A stretch of 42,053 nucleotides of DNA from Asterionella formosa (taxonomy: Eukaryota), in assembly GCA_002256025.1 (NCBI GenBank), contig NKIB01014611.1:1-42053 (forward strand). Direction: 5' to 3'. Shown one piece after another: positions 35,606 through 42,053 of this stretch (positions within the stretch are counted from its first letter, which is position 1; the number at the start of each line of letters is the position of its first letter). Position numbers and translations under genes: made by a program. Under the pieces are notes generated by a model, which was not told the origin of the DNA, did not search any database, and worked only from the letters and a program-made list of their open reading frames with translations.

Positions 35606-37009
35606 TTAGAGAATGGTGTGCGGAAGCTGTGTGTAGGATTGTCGTCGAGCATTACTCCGTCTTTTGACGACGAATACCGATAAGCAAAGGATAGTGATAA
35701 GAAAGACACCCGAAATAAGATGCCGCACGTGACTGGTGGTTTGAGAGAGCAAGATCAATGCTGTCATTGATTTAAGAAATGAAGGAGATGAAATGATCGT
35801 TTCAACGGGCCCAACTTCAAAACTGTCACTAATCGCAAGTCGCTGAGTCCATGTTTTCGACTGGCCTGGTTCCAAATGAATGAAAAGCTGTGGTTCAGGC
35901 GAAATGGTTGTCTTTTCGAGATAGAGATTAAATCCGTACATATTAATGGGGTCATATGGCTGCTCGACAAACTCTGCAATGTCCTCAACAATCGATGTGC
36001 CACACGCTCGGAGGGTAAAGGTACCCTTGGTGCTGAGATCCTGGTTAAAGTACGCTTTGATCCGTATCCCACGTTCAACCTCACGTTCCATTTCAATAAG
36101 AACAGTATCACCCGTCGATTGCACCGTGGCATAATTTTGTAAAGGCGTGGACCAGAAGGGCGTATCAGGCTCCTCATATAGATCAGAGATATCATCAGTA
36201 GGTCGTAAACCCAAATCCACCGAATAACCAGGCCCAATGGGCCTGCTGTCACAAGAAAAGAAGTGATGGGAATACCAAGCGGTCGAAAAAGCATCGCTCC
36301 CAAGGTTTGTTAGTGTTGATTTCACGAGAAGTACATTGTCTACCAAAGATATATCCTTCCGCAACTTGTAACCGTACTGGTTGAGAGACTCTTGGTGTTC
36401 CAATACGACGGTGTTGATGAATGGCATAGACGAGTTCCACTTCGGCTGCGATGCAAAGACATATGGACTGTTGAATTTGTAGTCGTCGGTGCTATCACAT
36501 TGCTGACAGCTGCCCTTGATGAGCTTTCCAACGCCAATCTTCAGAAAGGGATCACCAGGTTTCGCAGAGCGATAACCCAAAACACCATTGGTGACATTGT
36601 CAACTCCATGCCAACCACATCTAAAGTCGCAGAAACTACCATCATCCCCAATACCAAATTCAGAAGCTAGACCTATTCCTGCCTCGGGCCAGAGGGGGTC
36701 ATGTGGAACACGCCACAGCTCCGATCCATACAGCGAGTGTGTGCGCTTGCTGGCAATGGCGTTGCCGTTCGAATCGTGAGTAGTTCGCCTAATTGCTCCA
36801 ATCATTGAACCATGTTCAAACCGTGTCGAGCGGTAAAAGAAATCGGCAGGATTTGTATCGGAATCGATGCCTCCTGGAAGGTAAACAGTGACTTGTAGGT
36901 CGTTGTTAAGCGACGACAGGGTCACATTCGCGTACGAGGCCGTTGCCGGAAGCAACCACAAACAGGTGAGTAAACACAATCCCACACATGGATGAGCAGG
37001 CAATGCCAT
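35606..37009 (-). CDS. Uncharacterised type I membrane protein, 467 aa, intronless; luminal domain resembles a bacterial galactose-mutarotase-like family
   Basis: Signal peptide MALPAHPCVGLCLLTCLWLLPATAS, motifs YRSTRF, PHDP, GY..AKPGDPFLKIGVG and YSHHFF, C-terminal TM helix and short basic tail ending YTQL. Confidence 0.8.
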   Translation of the reverse strand: MALPAHPCVGLCLLTCLWLLPATASYANVTLSSLNNDLQVTVYLPGGIDSDTNPADFFYRSTRFEHGSMIGAIRRTTHDSNGNAIASKRTHSLYGSELWRVPHDPLWPEAGIGLASEFGIGDDGSFCDFRCGWHGVDNVTNGVLGYRSAKPGDPFLKIGVGKLIKGSCQQCDSTDDYKFNSPYVFASQPKWNSSMPFINTVVLEHQESLNQYGYKLRKDISLVDNVLLVKSTLTNLGSDAFSTAWYSHHFFSCDSRPIGPGYSVDLGLRPTDDISDLYEEPDTPFWSTPLQNYATVQSTGDTVLIEMEREVERGIRIKAYFNQDLSTKGTFTLRACGTSIVEDIAEFVEQPYDPINMYGFNLYLEKTTISPEPQLFIHLEPGQSKTWTQRLAISDSFEVGPVETIISSPSFLKSMTALILLSQTTSHVRHLISGVFLITILCLSVFVVKRRSNARRQSYTQLPHTIL

Positions 37010-37126
37010 GGTTGCTTCGGTAGTGTCGGGCACTATCGAAACGAAAGCAGCGAACGTAACACCGAAATGATGAGACCAGATTGTTAGATAATGCAAATCC
37101 AAGAATTCTACCAACGCACACTTGTC

Positions 37127-37760
37127 AGTACCGGTCCCTTACCAGGGTAACAGTTACCTTGTACCCCCGGTAACTGGTACCAGGTACCAGGTACCACCGG
37201 TTCCCCTTTGTTGGCTGTGTTTCATATTCCTATTTACATGCCAGGGCATCTGTACATACATACACACACAAAGTAACCATCCGGTAAACTCCTTCGTACT
37301 AGGTACCTGCTACCAGGGTAAGGTACTTACCGTACATATGAGAAATATCGGTATAAACTGGTTGGATATCATCTACCGTACCGGTATTATACTATTATTA
37401 TTTCTGTTTTTACCGGGGATCTACCAACCGGCATTTTCGTAACATCTTGTACAGGTACGGTACCACCAATAGTGTACCTTGTACCTGGTGCTTGCTTTAC
37501 ATTGTGCTTACCGCTAAGATACTAACTACCAGTACCAGGTATTAAAGACCGCCCAATTGTGTGCAATCGAATCCTTTTCCTGTTCTTGTCGTGGATTCGT
37601 CGGTTGCATACCGGTATACCTTTACCAGTTGCGGTCATTTTGCTTGAACTAACATTTTAGTCTTGGATAAAAAGAGCTCAATCTTTTGTTCCAGAAAAAT
37701 TACCGCAACTTGCTTTGTACCTGGTGGAGGGGGATACTGAGTACTGGTGGTACCAGTCAC
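37127..37760. repeat. Extended GTAC/CCWGG cluster upstream of the 37009 gene
   Basis: CTGGTACCAGGTACCAGGTACCACCGG near 37174-37200, plus many TACC/GGTA units through ~37755. Confidence 0.85.
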
Positions 37761-38005
37761 CTTGTTTGTACGAGAATGTGTTATATTATCCCCTCCATTA
37801 CCAATGGATACCATGTCACCTTGTTTGTACAATAACGTGTTCTAGCCTAAGAACGAGGTGACAATAAATACTAATGTCACCTTGTTTGTTCGAGAATGTG
37901 TTATTGCGTCCACTCCATCACCAGTAGATACAAATGTCACCTTTTTTCCGAGAAAGTGTTGTTGCGTAGTACCCTCCATCACCTTTTTTAGGTATACCAA
38001 TGTTA
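37756..38005. repeat. ~60-bp tandem repeat, four copies
   Basis: Units begin GTCACCTT(G/T)TTT; three contain CGAGAA(T/A)GTGTT...CTCCAT(T/C)ACC. Confidence 0.85.
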
Positions 38006-38010
38006 CTCCC

Positions 38011-38276
38011 TATCCCTATGATGGACATGATTAAAATTCAAATCAATTGTATACATAGTAGGTTTTACTTACAAAAATATCTTTGCAACATATATAGCTA
38101 GGCATCACTATGATGGACATGATTTAAATTCAAATCAATCATATACTACCTCGGTACATACGTTTTCATGCAAAAATATCTGTGCAACATATACAGGTAT
38201 CCCTATGATGGGCATGATTTAAATTCAAATCAATCATATATGTACATTTACATACAAAAATATCTGTTCAACATAT
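38011..38276. repeat. ~80-95-bp tandem repeat, three copies
   Basis: Units share CTATGATGG(A/G)CATGATT(A/T)AAATTCAAATCAAT and CAAAAATATCT..CAACATAT. Confidence 0.9.
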
Positions 38277-39646
38277 TCGCGGCAGGACAATTGATGTTAT
38301 AAATACACAGTATCAGAATTCACACACAATTAGTCTTGTACATGCATATACATATATGAATATCAATCATGTCTTCTAAACAATAATTAGGTACAGATAT
38401 GTACATGTAGCTAGTACCCATGTGCGACTGCCCTAGGCTAATGCAAAACAAATGATTCAAATTCCGATTCAGCGGTTGCTGATGGTTGCGGCCAGTGATG
38501 GTAAACATGAAAAAATACAGGTATTGATATATTAATACTTACAATATTCTCTATGACCATAAATATTATACATATTAGATGATGAACCGAATTTATATGA
38601 TCATACTATGATCGTCATTATACAATGATGCATCACATGAAGAAGATGTTTTCTATTTGCAGATGTAATCATAGATATACCTTATAGTGAGAAATTGTGA
38701 ATCTACAATGGAAAAATATTTGTCAACTTATAGGAATACAACAAACAGAACTATTGATTTGGTTCAGAAGAAACTGGAGCCATAACTACCACTACCACTA
38801 CAACTATCATATGACAAGAGGACAAGCAAAATTGGTGTCAGGGTAAAATTCAAATTATATGCACCAATAAATCAATTGATTGCGGCAGTATTGTCATGTT
38901 GGACCGCGATGTGGTTGATTTTCAATGACCAACAAAATAAATTACAGTTGGCATAATATTAATGTGATGCTGACGTGTTTACAGTAATTTTATCAGTGAC
39001 AATGAACATGATACACAGTGATCAATGGCTCTATCACTGATACAGTATTGATCAGTGGTCCAAGAACTGTATCAGTTATACACACATGATACACCAGTGA
39101 TCATACTTAAATCCCATTGGTGATACAAACCGCCATTTTCGAAACAAAACCCAAAATGATACACCAATGACAACCAATGACAAAATGATAAGAATGGCCC
39201 TGAATCACTTGTTGGGACATGATGTTAGCTTGAGCATCATGCAACAGCATGTAGTTTGTTGGTGCTCATCTCAAAACGTTGATTGTGTATTGTCATATCA
39301 CCCACTAGGCACAAAATACCTGCTATGTAATGAGTGTCATGTGGGAGCATTTTCCAGTACATAAATGCCCAGTTGCAAGCAATATGCTCATTCACCAGGC
39401 ATACCTGGTACACATATTGATAACAACTAGCAAAAATGCTAGCTGCAATGCTTGATACTTTCACTAGAACTATGACAAAGTTCAATAGGTACAAGCGAGA
39501 AATGTTGACAGCTTTTTGCAATGAATAGACTGAATTGATTGACTACATTGGAGGGAAAAACTCCAACATTGTCATTTGCAAGAAATTAAATGATATGTTC
39601 ACAATTTCATTCAGTCCCTGACTTGACTCAACATAAATTGATATTC

Positions 39647-40533
39647 TCAATCATTCCATTTTTCTGTTTGTTGTTGTTTTCGCAACATTTCCAAGTCTAT
39701 TCTAGCAGGATCATCACCATACAAGGTGTTTGGTCGACGCCGCCTTCGGGCTTTGGAAATGATTGTATCAAGTTCTTGCATTGAGACAAAAACAGACATC
39801 CCCCCAGTCATATCTTCCACATTAGATTTACTTCCCAGCTTTTGAATCTGAATCTTACCCTTTCCAACACAAACTTTTCCATCAACGAGCACTTCAAACG
39901 TAGGCTCTTCTTTTGTATCCGGGTCTAGGGCGGGAAGAATTCTCTTTTCTATCAATACATCAGGATGCGACATTTTTATGCGCTTAGCAACTGTTAAGTA
40001 ATATGGCTGTGGATTGTTTGTAACGAATCAAATAGAATTCAAAGTGAGAGAACGAAATTGTGAGTAAACATACTCGACCAATAACCCATGCCATCAACAT
40101 TAGAATTAATTCAATCAAGTGAACTCTACCTTCAAACCGCTGCCTCCGCTATAGCGAATAGTGACAACCACTCTCTTATCCTGTGATTTCAGAATCAAAA
40201 ATTAGAAGAGGTCAGTTATCATTGCGAAATTCACTGTCACCACAATGCACCCATTGCACACACCTGCATTGTCAAGAACTTTTCAAAGGACACCGGCGGA
40301 GAAAGCGGAAGTAGATCTGACGCATTGACGAATTCAGTAATATTTATGTCGTCACTCACTATGGAATTCTCCCCATTGATAGCAGCTAGATTGCTTGTCT
40401 CGGCTACGGGAAAGGAGGAGGCCCTTGGTGCAAAAGACATGGCTGGCCCTTGAAGAAATGAGTGGCATTGAATTACGCATGCCAACAAAAGAAAAAGGCA
40501 GTGCAAGCAAGCAGTTGATTGCGTTCCCTTCAT
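39647..40533 (-). CDS. Putative plastid-targeted Rdx/selenoprotein W-like thioredoxin-fold protein, 226 aa; exons 40533-40264, 40180-40130, 40006-39647
   Basis: Signal peptide ending CHS|F. Two GT-AG introns give an uninterrupted frame reading VVVTIRYSGGSGLKPYYLTVAKRIKMSHPDV...FEVLVDGK, matching the Rdx pattern. Confidence 0.75.
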
Positions 40534-40659
40534 CTTGTCCGATTTCTGGGACAGCGACGAGGATCGAAGGCTTCGTCAAAAAAAGTGAGAAAACAAAACA
40601 GCGCCGAAAACCATAATGCTGGTGACTACGGTATATACCAATACCAATCATAACGTGAC

Positions 40660-40850
40660 TACCGTACCTGGTACCCTGGTACCAATACCATTCATTCATT
40701 ACCGTGGGTATGATATACCGCAGTGCCCAATGTACGTCATACATGATACCAGGTGCCATGTACCAAGTAAATCTTCCGGTACCTGGTACTCCGAACAGGT
40801 ACCCTGGTACCGGTACTCGGAGTACTGGTACCAGGTACCAGGAAGGTCCA
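40660..40850. repeat. (GGTACCW)n cluster upstream of the Rdx-like gene
   Basis: GTACCTGGTACCCTGGTACCA, GGTACCTGGTAC, CAGGTACCCTGGTACCGGTAC and CTGGTACCAGGTACCAGG. Confidence 0.9.
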
Positions 40851-41099
40851 GTAGCGCACGTTCAATGCGCACCTTTTCAGTTTCGACGCACTCCCAATGG
40901 ATCCTCTCATGCCTGCCAGCCAAGATGGACTGGCTTTTCATTCCGAACTCTCTTACCAGTAAGTAACTTTCTTTAATGTTAAATTATTATTCAATAAATC
41001 CAAGTCGTGTTCTGATCATCGAAATCTTGTTCAGCTACACTACTGGTAATGGTATTCAGCAACTTGATGATGGTTCTCTAATGGAATTCACCAATAAGC

Positions 41100-41710
41100 A
41101 ATTTCTAGTCATAGTCAGCAGTTTCTAGTTGTAGTCAGTCAATTCTTGTCATTGTCAACAAATATTGTTGTCAGCAAGTTATAGTCATTGTCAGCAGATT
41201 TCTAGTTGCATGTAGTCACCAGCTGGATCAGCACTCATAAACAAAGAGTCATTTTGAAAATGTCATTGGACTTTTAATCGACATTACTTAAGCAAATAGA
41301 GAATCAAACAAAATTTCTTTCGATTGACATATTACCATTGTAGCATGCTGTGTACTGTAAAAGTGTCAAATCTGTTCGTAACTTCGTCATTTTGAATTGT
41401 GCATCAATTAAACTACATGAAGCAATGCGCCATCTGCGACTTAAAATTTCGTTGTCATTATTAGTGATATTACAATTATTATTTACGATTGTATGAATCT
41501 ATGTTGTGTTAGATGTATTCACCAGATAGCATTTTCCATGGAGATATTTGTTATTTTCGACATGTCAAGGTGGAGATGGCATGATGCAGGTTTCTCCAGC
41601 AAGGCACAAGAACTACACTCAAGTGTTTTATGCATTGCAACATCTAAGCTAAATAATAATATCCAAGCTTCTATAAGGGCTACCTCAGGTACCAGGTACC
41701 CTGAAATATA
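41100..41710 (+). repeat. Dispersed repeat, copy 2 of 29100-29700
   Basis: Collinear matches over ~600 bp, including the ~20-bp sub-repeats. Confidence 0.9.
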
Positions 41711-41941
41711 GACCAGTATCCTATGTAGCCATAGTATGTACCTGTGTGATATGTGATATACTATGTAGGATATTGCAAATAGTATAGCGTTGGACGTGTC
41801 TGTTAGGCTGTTAATGTCGACAGGTGTCCGAAGTCTAGATGTAGTCTGCGGAATGTCTAAATGGAAATAGACCGGATTTATATAGCAAAATAATATGCAG
41901 ACGAGCGGCGGGAGAAAGATCTTGACCGGTCATTCCAGGGC

Positions 41942-42040
41942 AGTACCTGGTACTGGAGCGCGCTAGAGTAGGCGCCATATATTTCAACACTACTGGACCT
42001 TCCTTGTACCTGGTACCAGGTACCAGGTACCGGTACTACT
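41942..42040. repeat. (GGTACCW)n cluster at the window end
   Basis: AGTACCTGGTACTGG and GTACCTGGTACCAGGTACCAGGTACCGGTAC. Confidence 0.85.
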
Positions 42041-42053
42041 CGGCGCTATCTTA

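Overview
Eukaryotic nuclear DNA, most likely from a diatom (inferred from short GT-AG introns, signal peptide + Phe plastid-targeting starts and a diatom-style Ty1/copia element). The window holds a dead copia 3' half with its LTR and nine protein genes: a HAT/TPR-like protein, IMPDH, a MOT2/MFSD5-type transporter, a coiled-coil membrane protein, a JmjC-like protein with two SET-like modules, a small CTD phosphatase, Sec23, a bacterial-type secreted/membrane protein and an Rdx/SelW-like protein. Eight of the genes form tail-to-tail pairs, separated by blocks of decayed repeats. The most striking unexplained signal is a self-complementary heptamer repeat, (GGTACCW)n, with looser GTAC/TACC variants. 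It clusters on the 5' side of nearly every gene, and four comparisons between repeat copies show units present in one copy and absent from the other. This suggests an ongoing process that writes the motif into DNA. All alignments and family assignments were made by eye, with no database search.
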